Below are positions 10,386 to 19,710 of a DNA stretch of 64,000 bases, piece by piece. Both the position numbers and the translations under genes were made by a program. Numbering within the stretch: the stretch's first letter is position 1; each line of letters starts with the position of its first letter. The stretch comes from an uncultured bacterium. Lineage in GTDB: Bacteria > Patescibacteriota > Minisyncoccia > Phycocordibacterales > UBA6065. Where the stretch lies: positions 74,487 through 138,486 of the forward strand of contig CAWJEP010000001.1 in the NCBI GenBank assembly GCA_963841935.1, in the 5' to 3' direction. Below the pieces are notes generated by a model. That model was not told the origin of the DNA. It ran no database searches and saw only the letters and a list, made by a program, of their open reading frames with translations.

Positions 10386-10530
10386 AAAATAAAAATCAAC
10401 ATGAAATCAACAGCCAGAGAAAAAAACAAAAACCGCGGCGGCTTGCGTGGTAAGATTATGTTTAGGTTATCAACATACCCACAGCCATATTAGAATTATT
10501 AGATATTAAATTGAAATAAGTTATCCATAT
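10386..10530. promoter_or_regulatory. Candidate oriC segment (dnaA-dnaN intergenic)
   Basis: Near-consensus DnaA boxes TTATCAACA (10467-10475) and TTATCCATA (10521-10529) flank an AT-rich tract; degenerate boxes TTGTTCACA and TTATTAACA also lie upstream of dnaA. Confidence 0.55.
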
Positions 10531-11628
10531 ATGAAGATCGAGTGCATAAAAGAAAAACTTTCCTCGGCTTTGACTAAAGCCGAAAAAATAACCAGCAAGA
10601 ACGCGACTTTACCTGTCCTTTCTTGTTTGATTTTGGAGACAAAAAACCAAAACATTATTGTTCGTTCCACAAACCTGGATTCGGCGCTGGAAATAGAGGT
10701 TCCCGGAAAAGTCGCCGTTCCCGGAAAAGTCGCCGTTCCCGGAACAATTTTCTCTTCGTTTATATCCTCGCTCAAAGAAAAATCAGTGACTCTTGATACC
10801 AAAGAAGGTAACCTGCTTGTCACGACGGAACACCACCAAACAACGATAAAAGCTTTAGCCCACGACGATTTTCCGGACATTCCGAGAATAGATAACGGTC
10901 ATTCTTTTTCCGTTCCGGCAAAAACTTTTCTCAAAGCTCTGCGTTCCGTGTCGTACAGCGCCTCCGTTTCTTCCGTCAAGCCGGAATTGGCCAGTGTTTA
11001 TATATACGGTAACGGGGACTTTCTTGTTTTTGTATCAACAGACTCTTTCAGACTTGCCGAAAAACGCCTAAAACTCAAAGAAGTTAAAGACGTCAAGGCC
11101 ATGGTCGTTCCCATAAAAAACGTCGGGGATATTTTGAAAGTTTTCGACGATAGCGATGAGGATATAAAGATTTCTTTCGAAAAAAACCAGATATCTCTTT
11201 CGACAAGGTCCGTGTATTTCGTTTCCCGCCTTGTCGACGCTCCGTTCCCCGACTACAAAGAGATTATTCCGAAAAATCCGACCACCGAGGCCACGCTTCT
11301 CAAACAAGACCTTACTGACGCCCTGAAGACACTCTCTGTCTTCTCAGACAAATTCAATCAGGCAAACATAAAAATCGTTCCATCTAAAAAGTCATTCATT
11401 CTTACGTCGAAAGCCAACGATATTGGTGAATCACAATCATCCGTTGACGCCGCAGTTTCTGGAGAATCCATAGACATGAATTTCAATCACAGATATATTT
11501 CCGAGTGTTTGCAATCCATAGACAGCGACGCGTTGTCTCTTTCTTTCAGCGGAGCGACCAAGCCGCTTGTCATAAGAGGTGTTTCGGATTCAAGCTTCAC
11601 GTATCTCGTGATGCCGATGAATAAATAA
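10531..11628 (+). CDS. dnaN: DNA polymerase III beta sliding clamp
   Basis: STNLD, VSTDSFRLAE, SRLVDAPFPDY, YLVMPM. Confidence 0.97.
   Translation: MKIECIKEKLSSALTKAEKITSKNATLPVLSCLILETKNQNIIVRSTNLDSALEIEVPGKVAVPGKVAVPGTIFSSFISSLKEKSVTLDTKEGNLLVTTEHHQTTIKALAHDDFPDIPRIDNGHSFSVPAKTFLKALRSVSYSASVSSVKPELASVYIYGNGDFLVFVSTDSFRLAEKRLKLKEVKDVKAMVVPIKNVGDILKVFDDSDEDIKISFEKNQISLSTRSVYFVSRLVDAPFPDYKEIIPKNPTTEATLLKQDLTDALKTLSVFSDKFNQANIKIVPSKKSFILTSKANDIGESQSSVDAAVSGESIDMNFNHRYISECLQSIDSDALSLSFSGATKPLVIRGVSDSSFTYLVMPMNK
10699..10744 (+). repeat. Exact 18-bp tandem repeat (about 2.5 copies) inside dnaN
   Basis: GTTCCCGGAAAAGTCGCC x2 + GTTCCCGGAA, encoding VPGKVAVPGKVAVPG. Confidence 0.9.
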
Positions 11629-11629
11629 T

Positions 11630-11893
11630 ATGTTTAATATTTCCGGGTATCTCCAAAAATTCAAAAAGCTCGGCGAGGACAAAGAAAAAACAAGACAGGT
11701 TATAGCGGACTCCTTCGGAAAAGAGACTGGGTTGGAAATAGATCCTTCGTCCATCCGCGTTTCTTCGGGAGAAATATCCATTTCCGTCCCGCCCGCGACC
11801 CAATCAGTGATTTTTATGAGGAAAGAGCGGATATTGAAAAATATAAGGGAGTCTTTGCCAAAAATTTCTATTGACCGGATACGCTGCCGTTGA
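11630..11893 (+). CDS. Hypothetical protein, possibly DciA/DUF721-like
   Basis: 87 aa starting 1 nt after the dnaN stop; ISISVPPATQSVIFMRKERILKNI resembles a DciA KH-like core. Confidence 0.5.
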   Translation: MFNISGYLQKFKKLGEDKEKTRQVIADSFGKETGLEIDPSSIRVSSGEISISVPPATQSVIFMRKERILKNIRESLPKISIDRIRCR

Positions 11894-14423
11894 CGTTTAT
11901 TGTCGTCGTGGCGTCCACTTTGTTGAAGACGGAGTCCACGACTTCTATTTTTATGGTGTTTGTCGGCGACAGGGAATAAATATTTTTTATTGGGAACTTG
12001 AATACCGACTGGTTACCGTTTATGGTCGCGAGGATTCCGCCGTTCCCGTATATGAAAATCTTTTGGACGGGATATTTACCCGTCTCTGATATGTTTATAG
12101 TCGCGGTGTCGTTTTGGTTGTAAGGCGTGCCATTGTTTTCGTCCGTGACAGCTATGGAAGGAAAATTAGTCGGAACGTGTACATCGTCGTATTGCGTTGG
12201 CATTGAACCTGGTGATTCGGTCACATATCCGTTTTGAACCGCCCAATCGAGCACAGGTTTCTCCCAATTGGCGAATTGGGAGTCCGATGCTGGATTTGCC
12301 GGTGGCGGGCCTAGAGGGTTGTTTTTGTCTACCCAATAAAGAATAGAGTGAACGTTCGTTATCGCGATTTCTTTTTGCGTCTCCGGCGGGGTATATTGCG
12401 TTGCCAATTTTCCCGACACGGTGTCTATGGTATACGTTTGTCCGCCTTGCCATATACCGCGGAAAATCGGTTTGTCCGCGGACAAATCTTCCGGAGCGGG
12501 TTTTATGAAACTGTCAGCGGAAGTACTCGCCAAGGCGTCGGTCATAAGAGTATTCCAAAGGGGAGCTATCATTAGACCGGCTATTTTTTTGACCATCGGC
12601 GTGTCGTCGTCATTGCCGCCCCAAACTCCGACAACGATGTCAGGCGAATACCCTATGGTCCAGACATCATCATAATTGTTCGTCGTCCCGGTTTTTGCCG
12701 CGACATCATAGCCGGGAATATCGAAAACAGAATGAAGGCCGTATTCCGCCGCTCGCGCCTGATCATCGCTTAAAATGTCGGAGATTGTTTCCGCGATGTT
12801 CGCCGGCATAACAGATATTGGTGTTGGGTATTCGGCTTGTTCCAGAACATTGCCGCTCCCGTCCGTGACTTTTAGTATTGACCTGTAAGGCACGTAATTT
12901 CCGTTGTTGGCGAAAACATCGTAGGCGGTTGTCATTTCAAGTAGCGACACTCCACCACCACCTAAAACCAACGTGAGGCCGTACTTGTTTGGGTCAGTTC
13001 CAAGCGACGTGATACCCATTTTCTGGGCGAGGTTCAACGAGTCTCCAAGTCCGGCGAGATACGAAAGTTGTATTGACGGGATGTTTATTGATTGGGCCAA
13101 GGCGTCGCGCAAACTCATTGGTCCTCGATATAGTCCGTCGAAATCCTGCGGCATATAACACTGTGACGGGTCGGTTGAAGACGAAAGTGGTTGGCCTTCC
13201 GGGGAACATGAGGAGTCAAATTCCGTAGGCAAGTCGAATAATACCGTTTCGGGAGTGTAACCTTTCATGAAAGCTTCCGAATAAACGATGGGTTTAAACG
13301 TCGAACCCGGCTGACGGTTGTCGGCGGTCGCCACGTTAAAATTGCCCGGAGTTGTTGTTGAAAAATAATCGTATGAACCGACCATTGTGAGAATGTCTCC
13401 GGTTTTCGGGTCAACGGCGACCGTAGCGGCGTTTGACATATTGAAATTGGGTCCCTGATTTTCTATGTATGATTCCACCGCTTGCTCCGACTGTCTCTCT
13501 AGAGAATAATCCAAAGTCGTGATTACATTTAGTCCGCCGTTTTCTACTGCATCCGTGCCGTATTTTTGTTCGAGGTATTGGATAACGTACATCACAAAAT
13601 GAGGCGCCTTTATACTCTGCGAAGAACCCGGAAGGAAGGTCACTTTCTCGTTTATGGCTTGGTTGTACTGTGCCGCGGTGATGAAACCCAGCTGCTCCAT
13701 TTTTTGAAGCGTCAAATCCGCTCTGGCCGTGAGAGCCGCCGTGTTTGTTCCGTAGGGTGAATAGTAAGTTGGCGCTTGGGGGATCGAGGCAAGATAGGCG
13801 GCTTGAGCGATATCGAGACTACTCGCGTCCATACCAAAAAATTCTTTACTGGCTTCTTCGACACCGTAAACATTTCCTCCGTAGGGCACGTCGTTTAGAT
13901 AAAGCGTCAGAATATCATCTTTGGAAAAAATTTTTTCGATTTTTATCGCCAGAATCCACTCTTTTATTTTTCTAGCGATGGTCTTATCGTTGTTAAGGAG
14001 GGTATTTTTTATAAGTTGTTGGGTAATTGTCGAACCACCCTGAGCGAATCCGCCGGACAACACATCGTCCACCATCGCCCTAATGATGGAAAGCACGCGA
14101 ATGCCGCCGTGGCTGTAAAAACCGGCGTCCTCGATGGCGACAGTCGCGTTTTTTATGTTCGTAGAAATTTGGTCGGAAGTCACGACCGTGCGTCTGGCGT
14201 TTCCGGACACATCGTAAAGAAGCACCGCGCCGGTGCGGTCGTAAATTTTAGTCGATTGGTCCACTTCGCTTTGCTGGAACAGACTTATATCCGGAATGGA
14301 AAGAGAAGAAAACCAGAAAAAAAACACACTGCCAAGCAGGAGAAAGAAACAGAGGACGGCCATGAAAACATCCCGTTTGGTGTGCGCCTTAATATGAGTC
14401 AGAACGGCTCTGAAAAATTCCAT
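11868..14423 (-). CDS. Class A penicillin-binding protein (PBP1A-like)
   Basis: TM anchor; transglycosylase motifs AIEDAGFYSHGG and QGGSTITQQLIKN; transpeptidase motifs STFK, SIN, KTGT. Confidence 0.95.
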   Translation of the reverse strand: MEFFRAVLTHIKAHTKRDVFMAVLCFFLLLGSVFFFWFSSLSIPDISLFQQSEVDQSTKIYDRTGAVLLYDVSGNARRTVVTSDQISTNIKNATVAIEDAGFYSHGGIRVLSIIRAMVDDVLSGGFAQGGSTITQQLIKNTLLNNDKTIARKIKEWILAIKIEKIFSKDDILTLYLNDVPYGGNVYGVEEASKEFFGMDASSLDIAQAAYLASIPQAPTYYSPYGTNTAALTARADLTLQKMEQLGFITAAQYNQAINEKVTFLPGSSQSIKAPHFVMYVIQYLEQKYGTDAVENGGLNVITTLDYSLERQSEQAVESYIENQGPNFNMSNAATVAVDPKTGDILTMVGSYDYFSTTTPGNFNVATADNRQPGSTFKPIVYSEAFMKGYTPETVLFDLPTEFDSSCSPEGQPLSSSTDPSQCYMPQDFDGLYRGPMSLRDALAQSINIPSIQLSYLAGLGDSLNLAQKMGITSLGTDPNKYGLTLVLGGGGVSLLEMTTAYDVFANNGNYVPYRSILKVTDGSGNVLEQAEYPTPISVMPANIAETISDILSDDQARAAEYGLHSVFDIPGYDVAAKTGTTNNYDDVWTIGYSPDIVVGVWGGNDDDTPMVKKIAGLMIAPLWNTLMTDALASTSADSFIKPAPEDLSADKPIFRGIWQGGQTYTIDTVSGKLATQYTPPETQKEIAITNVHSILYWVDKNNPLGPPPANPASDSQFANWEKPVLDWAVQNGYVTESPGSMPTQYDDVHVPTNFPSIAVTDENNGTPYNQNDTATINISETGKYPVQKIFIYGNGGILATINGNQSVFKFPIKNIYSLSPTNTIKIEVVDSVFNKVDATTTINVNGSVSGQ

Positions 14424-14474
14424 ACCAAGGTATCATAACGCCAAAATTACGTTGCTACAATCTGTTAAAGAAAA

Positions 14475-14651
14475 TTACCACTCATCTTCCTCAAATGTTT
14501 CATCATCATCGTCATCACCGATGGTCTCACCCTCCATTTCGTCATCGTCACTCGCGACTTTCTTTGGGTCGACATCCTCGTCGTCTTTTTCTTCCAGCCC
14601 CTCTTCTTTTTCCTGTCGCTCGTCTTCGTTTTTTATTGATTTTCTTGGCAT
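14475..14651 (-). CDS. Small highly acidic protein (58 aa)
   Basis: MPRKSIKNEDERQ...DDDDDETFEEDEW; fills the gap between ruvC and the PBP gene. Confidence 0.6.
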   Translation of the reverse strand: MPRKSIKNEDERQEKEEGLEEKDDEDVDPKKVASDDDEMEGETIGDDDDDETFEEDEW

Positions 14652-14727
14652 AGGTCTTGTTCGTAGATTTAGACTGACTATTTTTAGCAAATCATTATTT
14701 TTTTGAAAAGACCCAAAAGAGCGTACC

Positions 14728-14736
14728 TGTGGATAA
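14728..14736 (-). promoter_or_regulatory. Perfect DnaA box
   Basis: TGTGGATAA on + strand = TTATCCACA, immediately after the ruvC stop. Confidence 0.45.
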
Positions 14737-14737
14737 A

Positions 14738-15214
14738 TTAAAACCGACCACTTGCCGCCAGAGCTATAGCCACAGCCACCGCGTCGCATTCATCGTCTTT
14801 CGCGTTATCAAACTTTTTTCTAATAATGATTTCTATCATTTTTCGCACTTGGTTTTTGTCACTCCCCCCGTGTCCCGTGACGGCTATTTTTATTTGTCCC
14901 GGATTAAATTCGCTGACGGGTATGGCGCGGCCGGCAATCTCGGAAAGTATCACGCCGCGAGCCTCGGCGACGCCGAAAGCAGTCTTTTTGTTTTTGGAAA
15001 AAGTCAGACTCTCTATGCCGGCCGCGCCGGGAGAAAATTCCTCAATTATTTTTTTTATTTTTTCTTTTACCAGATTCAACCTTTCCGCGTGGGCGATTTT
15101 CGCACTTGTCTCGAAACACTCCGAATGCACTAAAATCTCTTTTTTGCCTTTTTCGGCGTCAATGACGGCGATACCGAGTCTGCCGTATCCCGGATCTATT
15201 CCCAAGATTCTCAT
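14738..15214 (-). CDS. ruvC: Holliday junction resolvase RuvC
   Basis: MRILGIDPG, IESL, AEARGVI, DDECDAVAVA. Confidence 0.95.
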   Translation of the reverse strand: MRILGIDPGYGRLGIAVIDAEKGKKEILVHSECFETSAKIAHAERLNLVKEKIKKIIEEFSPGAAGIESLTFSKNKKTAFGVAEARGVILSEIAGRAIPVSEFNPGQIKIAVTGHGGSDKNQVRKMIEIIIRKKFDNAKDDECDAVAVAIALAASGRF

Positions 15215-15741
15215 TCCGCGTTCGTGAAAACCTCCTGGACTTCGTCGCAGGCCTCGAGATTATTTACCAGATTTTCAAGAAGCGACAAATCAGCGTCGGA
15301 AAGTTCGGTGGTTGTCGTCGGATTCCATTTACCGTCTTTTTTTTCAAAAGCCCACGATGCGCTGCCGATGGACGCGAGAGAAAAACCATTTTCCACCAGA
15401 GCGTGTTTCACTTCCTGCGCCGCTTTATTTCTGTTGTCAGTCAATGCTTCGATAATCATCGCCACACCACCCGGACCGTAAGCTTCGTATACAATCGTTT
15501 CAAGCGCGGCACTACCAGCTTCCGTGGCTTTTTTTACAGCTCGGTCAATGACATCGTTTGTGACATCTTCCGCCCGTGCTCTTTCAATGACAGCACGGAG
15601 ACCCGGAGCATTTCTGTCGCCCTTGGCTAGCCGCGCTTCGCTCGCTATGAGTTTCGAGTATTTCGAATACACCTTGGCCTTCGCGCCATCGGTTTTCTCC
15701 TTTTTGTGCTTTATTTGTGACCATTTATTGTGTCCGGACAT
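15211..15741 (-). CDS. yebC: YebC/PmpR family protein (short form)
   Basis: MSGHNKWSQIKHKK, YEAYGPGG, LTDNRNK, DEVQEVFTN. Confidence 0.93.
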   Translation of the reverse strand: MSGHNKWSQIKHKKEKTDGAKAKVYSKYSKLIASEARLAKGDRNAPGLRAVIERARAEDVTNDVIDRAVKKATEAGSAALETIVYEAYGPGGVAMIIEALTDNRNKAAQEVKHALVENGFSLASIGSASWAFEKKDGKWNPTTTTELSDADLSLLENLVNNLEACDEVQEVFTNAE

Positions 15742-15752
15742 ATTTTTACAAA

Positions 15753-16799
15753 TTATAAAGCAAGCTTCTGACTATGTTTTGAGCCGATATGTTCATAAGC
15801 TTTTGCCGTCGCCGAGCGGCCGCGCGGAGTGCGTTCGATGAGTCCGAGCTGGAGGAGGAAAGGCTCATAGACTTCTTCTATGGTGCCTTGGTCTTCCGAG
15901 AGCGCGGCCGCGAGAGTTCCGAGGCCGACGGGACCGCCGTTGAATTTGTTTATTATTACCGAAAGAAATTCTCTGTCACTTCTGGTGAGCCCCAGAGAAT
16001 CAATTCCAAGTAAATCTAGTGCTTTTTTCACGGCAGGAAGCGTGACATCAGATTTTTCCAATTGTGCCAGGTCTCTGGCGCGTTTTAGTAGGAAGTTTGC
16101 CGTGCGCGGCGTAGAACGGCTTCTTGCCGCTATCATTTTTTCTGCGTCTTTGGGGATGGAAACACCGAGAATTTTCGCCGAGCGAGAAATTATTTTTTCT
16201 ATTTCTTCCGGGGAATAATATTCAAGGCGGAAAGTACCACCGGAGAATCGTGAACGAAGCGGGGCAGATAGGAGTCCGATGCGCGTCGTGGCGGCAATAA
16301 GTGTAAACGCAGGAAGTTCCAGTTGTATGGTTCTTGCCGACGGACCTTTTCCTATTATTATGTCGAGTGACCGCATTTCCATCGCCGGATACAAGACTTC
16401 CTCAATTGTTTTGTTCAGTCTGTGTATTTCGTCTATGAAAAGTATGTCGCCCGGCGAAAGATTCGTGAGAATTGCCGCGAGGTCGCCGACTTTTTCGATT
16501 GCCGGACCGGAAGTGGACTTCATTTGGGTTCCGGTTTCCTTGGCTATGAGGTGGGCGAGGGTGGTTTTACCGAGTCCCGGCGGTCCGTAAAACAATAAAT
16601 GTTCCGGGGTATGTTTTCTTTCTTTCGCCGCGGCGAGAAGAATTTTTAGATTTTCCTTTATATGGTTTTGGCCGATGTATTCGTCCCAAGAAACAGGCCG
16701 GAGCGAGGAATCCAAAGATATATCGGTTTTCTCAAATACGGCTTCTTTTAAGCCTTTTTCTCCGGCGCCAGCATCTTTATTATGAATATTACTTGACAT
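15753..16799 (-). CDS. ruvB: Holliday junction branch migration helicase RuvB
   Basis: LRP..WDEYIGQ, GPPGLGKTTLA, FIDEIHRL, RTPRGR. Start set at ATG 16799. Confidence 0.97.
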   Translation of the reverse strand: MSSNIHNKDAGAGEKGLKEAVFEKTDISLDSSLRPVSWDEYIGQNHIKENLKILLAAAKERKHTPEHLLFYGPPGLGKTTLAHLIAKETGTQMKSTSGPAIEKVGDLAAILTNLSPGDILFIDEIHRLNKTIEEVLYPAMEMRSLDIIIGKGPSARTIQLELPAFTLIAATTRIGLLSAPLRSRFSGGTFRLEYYSPEEIEKIISRSAKILGVSIPKDAEKMIAARSRSTPRTANFLLKRARDLAQLEKSDVTLPAVKKALDLLGIDSLGLTRSDREFLSVIINKFNGGPVGLGTLAAALSEDQGTIEEVYEPFLLQLGLIERTPRGRSATAKAYEHIGSKHSQKLAL

Positions 16800-16859
16800 A
16801 AAGTCTACTATATGATAAGCTTTCGACGAAAGACTGTTTCGATATACAATATCTTTTCT

Positions 16860-17024
16860 TTCCAGGCCATAAATCTCTAAGCGATTAAGCCTCGTGCTTA
16901 CTAGCGATACCTCTAAGGACACTCTGGTTTTTGTCTTCGGACAAATTACTGTGGTTATCCTGTGATTGTTGCTTAACTTTCACCGTCCCGGTTTAAGTAT
17001 CGCTTAGAGATTCATGTTCTGGAA
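16860..17024 (-). ncRNA. Candidate structured ncRNA, 6S RNA-like rod
   Basis: Ends pair (perfect 14-bp AATCTCTAAGCGAT/ATCGCTTAGAGATT plus extensions), internal bubble, apical TTTGTC-CGAA-GACAAA hairpin; G-U pairs favour the minus strand; intergenic. Confidence 0.55.
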
Positions 17025-17063
17025 CCTCTCCGTTTGAAATGCTACCCCCATCGTTTTTTTTGT

Positions 17064-18785
17064 CTACAGCATTTCATCAAGGTCAATCACTCGGCGCAAT
17101 TCGTCAAGCGAGGTCACTCCTCTCAACACTTTGACCACGCCATCTTCGCGCATATCGAGTATTCCTTGGTCTTTCGTCACCTCTTTTATCTCTCTGTCGC
17201 TCGGATTTTGCACGAGGATTTTTTCAAGCGCCTCGTCCGTAAGTATCGCCTCATAAAGTCCCGTTCGGCCTTTGTATCCCAAGTTATTGCACTTTGGACA
17301 ACCGACGGGTTGATACATAACACTCGCGTCAACGCCTGTTACGAGTGATTTGTCTTTTATTCCTGCGAGGACGGTATCTATGGTTTTTTTCGCGTCGCCC
17401 TCCACGGCGACTTTTTTCTTGCAATACGGACAAAGTTTTCGCACGAGACGCTGGGCCAGAGAAATATTTATGGCCGAAGTCATGACTTTTGGGTTTACGC
17501 CGAGGTCAATTAAACGCGGATACGTGCCGGCGGCGTCATTTGTGTGGAGCGTTGAAAAAACCAAATGTCCTGTGAGGGAAGAATTTATGGCAATGCTGGC
17601 CGTATCGGCGTCTCGGATTTCGCCGACCATTATAACGTCCGGGTCTTGCCGAAGCGCCGACCGGAGTCCGGAAGCGAATGTGTAATCATTGCGTTCCGAT
17701 TCTTCGTCTTCTTTTGTTCGTTGTCTTGCCGTGTGGACTTGTGTTTGAACGATTCCCGGCAAATGGTATTCTATCGGGTCTTCAATGGTAATTATTTTTA
17801 TTTCCGGAGAATATATTTTTCGGAGAAACGCGTATAGGGTAGTTGTTTTTCCTGAACCCGTCGGGCCGGTGGTGAGTATCATGCCGTTTGGTCTGTCTAT
17901 TTCTTTGAGCAAGATTTTCAGAAGTTTTTCCGGAATGCCGAGGTCTTCCAGGGGTACTTGTATTGATTTGGGGTTTAGAATACGCATGACAATTGACTCA
18001 TCGTAAGCCCCGGGAAGAATGGAAGTCCTGATTTCTATTTCATCGGCGCCGATTTTCACGCTGAAACGCCCATCCTGCGCTTCGTTTTTCACATTGAGCT
18101 TCAAACCGGACAGAAGTTTTATGCGCGAGAGTAAAAGTCCAAAAGTTTCTTTGTCGAACATCAAAATATCGGTGAGCACGCCATCGAGACGATACCTCAG
18201 ACGCACGTTTTCTTCCTCCGGTTCTATGTGCACGTCTGAAGCATCCGTTGCGAGTCCGCCGGATAGCACTATTTCCAATATTTTGGAAATCCTGAAACTT
18301 CTTTTTAATTTAATAACATCGCCTATGAGTTTTTTCACGTCCCCAATGGACTTTATCTGTGACATAAATTGCTCTATGTCGTAAGTGGAAATATCCAAAA
18401 CACCAGCCGAGGTTTCTTTGGAGAAAGAAAGGTCGGCGTAACGCGCCCAAACTTTTTCCAAGCTTTTTGGGGACGCTATGGCGACCGTAACCTCATATCC
18501 TTTGTCCGAAAGCCCGTTTATTACCTCTTTGGCTTTCAAATTTGTCGGCGAAAGGACGGCAATTTTTACTTTTTTGCCTATTTGGTTTGCCGGCGCCATT
18601 TGGGCTTCGCGCGCGACTTTCTCCGGTATGAGACGCAGAGAGTCCATGTCTACAGGTACGGCCGAAAGGTCAATATATTCAAGTTCGAAACGGCCGGCGA
18701 CGTCGCGCGCCAAATCCTCCTCCTCTTTTTCTTTCAGCTCGCCAAGTTTTCTGTTCTGTTTATCTTCGTCGAATTGGACTGCCAT
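17064..18785 (-). CDS. pilB: Type IV pilus assembly ATPase PilB/GspE
   Basis: ASDVHIEP, GPTGSGKTTTLY, LRQDPDVIMVGEIRD, TGHLVFSTLHTN, CPYC/CPKC zinc motif. Confidence 0.93.
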   Translation of the reverse strand: MAVQFDEDKQNRKLGELKEKEEEDLARDVAGRFELEYIDLSAVPVDMDSLRLIPEKVAREAQMAPANQIGKKVKIAVLSPTNLKAKEVINGLSDKGYEVTVAIASPKSLEKVWARYADLSFSKETSAGVLDISTYDIEQFMSQIKSIGDVKKLIGDVIKLKRSFRISKILEIVLSGGLATDASDVHIEPEEENVRLRYRLDGVLTDILMFDKETFGLLLSRIKLLSGLKLNVKNEAQDGRFSVKIGADEIEIRTSILPGAYDESIVMRILNPKSIQVPLEDLGIPEKLLKILLKEIDRPNGMILTTGPTGSGKTTTLYAFLRKIYSPEIKIITIEDPIEYHLPGIVQTQVHTARQRTKEDEESERNDYTFASGLRSALRQDPDVIMVGEIRDADTASIAINSSLTGHLVFSTLHTNDAAGTYPRLIDLGVNPKVMTSAINISLAQRLVRKLCPYCKKKVAVEGDAKKTIDTVLAGIKDKSLVTGVDASVMYQPVGCPKCNNLGYKGRTGLYEAILTDEALEKILVQNPSDREIKEVTKDQGILDMREDGVVKVLRGVTSLDELRRVIDLDEML

Positions 18786-18824
18786 AGCCGAATTGTAGCG
18801 TGTTTAAGCCGTATAGCATACCTA

Positions 18825-18852
18825 TTGACAATATATACATATATGATACAAT
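18825..18852 (+). promoter_or_regulatory. Sigma70-like promoter
   Basis: TTGACA (18825-30), 16 nt, TGa-TACAAT (18847-52). Confidence 0.6.
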
Positions 18853-18909
18853 AGAAAAGTGGAGCAATTTTCACAAGAACAGAAACACTAAAACGAAGGT
18901 AATTCAGTC

Positions 18910-19203
18910 ATGAAGATTTACAACACGGTTCTTTTCATCGTCATTTGCGTCGCGACACTGTCTTCCGGTGGTTGTCTTTGCGTGACACCGGTAGGCTACG
19001 AGCCAGTGCAGTACATGGCGCCGGTAGTCGATGTAGACTCGGGTTTCTATTACTACAATGGTTACTACTACGGCTACGGGTATCGCCATTATGGTGGTCG
19101 GTCACACAATCGAAGGCCGGCAGGCAACGGCAACGGACACAGAGCCTCGACTACTACGACAAAGGGGACCGTTCGCACCCAGTCGACAAGCTCAAAACAC
19201 TGA
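18910..19203 (+). CDS. Small exported/lipoprotein-like orphan, Tyr/Gly-rich
   Basis: Signal peptide with LSSGGC; YYYNGYYYGYGY tract; own promoter, GAAGGT RBS and terminator. Confidence 0.6.
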   Translation: MKIYNTVLFIVICVATLSSGGCLCVTPVGYEPVQYMAPVVDVDSGFYYYNGYYYGYGYRHYGGRSHNRRPAGNGNGHRASTTTTKGTVRTQSTSSKH

Positions 19204-19222
19204 CCAGCGTAAATGAAGTTTC

Positions 19223-19260
19223 GGGGCCCCGGCGTTTATCGCTCGGGGCCTCTTAGTTTT
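19223..19260 (+). terminator. Intrinsic terminator
   Basis: GGGGCCCCGGCG-tttat-CGCTCGGGGCCTC followed by TTAGTTTT. Confidence 0.55.
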
Positions 19261-19278
19261 ATCTGATAAAATGTATGT

Positions 19279-19710
19279 ATGATTTCTCATTCACTCGCCG
19301 AAACAGAAAAAATAGCGAAAAACTTTGCCAAAGATTTAATCACGCGAGGTAAAAAAAAGACCGCGACGATTGTCGGACTTTATGGAGATTTAGGTTCCGG
19401 CAAGACGGCTTTCGTTCAATCGGCGGCGAAAATATTCGGTGTTGAGGAAGTCGTGAGTCCGACATTTATAATAGAGAGGATTTATAAAACTAACGACGAT
19501 ATTTTTTCCACACTAATACACATTGACGCGTATCGGTTGGACAATGGCGAGGATTTGAAAAAACTCGGCTTCGAAAAAATCTTGAAAGACCCTTCGGCAC
19601 TTATTTTTATCGAGTGGCCGGAGCGCGTGGCCGAAATTTTACCCGACCACATCCGCGTCATGTGCGAATTTGTTTCGGAGAAAGAAAGAAAATATGAAAT
19701 CATTTTCTAA
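19279..19710 (+). CDS. tsaE: tRNA t6A biosynthesis ATPase TsaE
   Basis: LYGDLGSGKTAF, VSPTF, HIDAYRL, IEWPE. Confidence 0.95.
   Translation: MISHSLAETEKIAKNFAKDLITRGKKKTATIVGLYGDLGSGKTAFVQSAAKIFGVEEVVSPTFIIERIYKTNDDIFSTLIHIDAYRLDNGEDLKKLGFEKILKDPSALIFIEWPERVAEILPDHIRVMCEFVSEKERKYEIIF

Noticed and set aside
16800-16922. N-terminal extension of RuvB
   Set aside because: Non-ATG start, no RuvB-like sequence, and it overlaps the structured RNA candidate.
16860-17024. RNase P RNA, tmRNA or SRP RNA identity for the structured region
   Set aside because: No GAGGAAAGUCC P4 motif, no tRNA-like ends and no SRP GGAA/AGCAG domain IV motif were seen.
17685-17740. Short charged insertion in PilB (TARQRTKEDEESERND)
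   Set aside because: No palindrome or repeat at DNA level; probably an ordinary variable loop.
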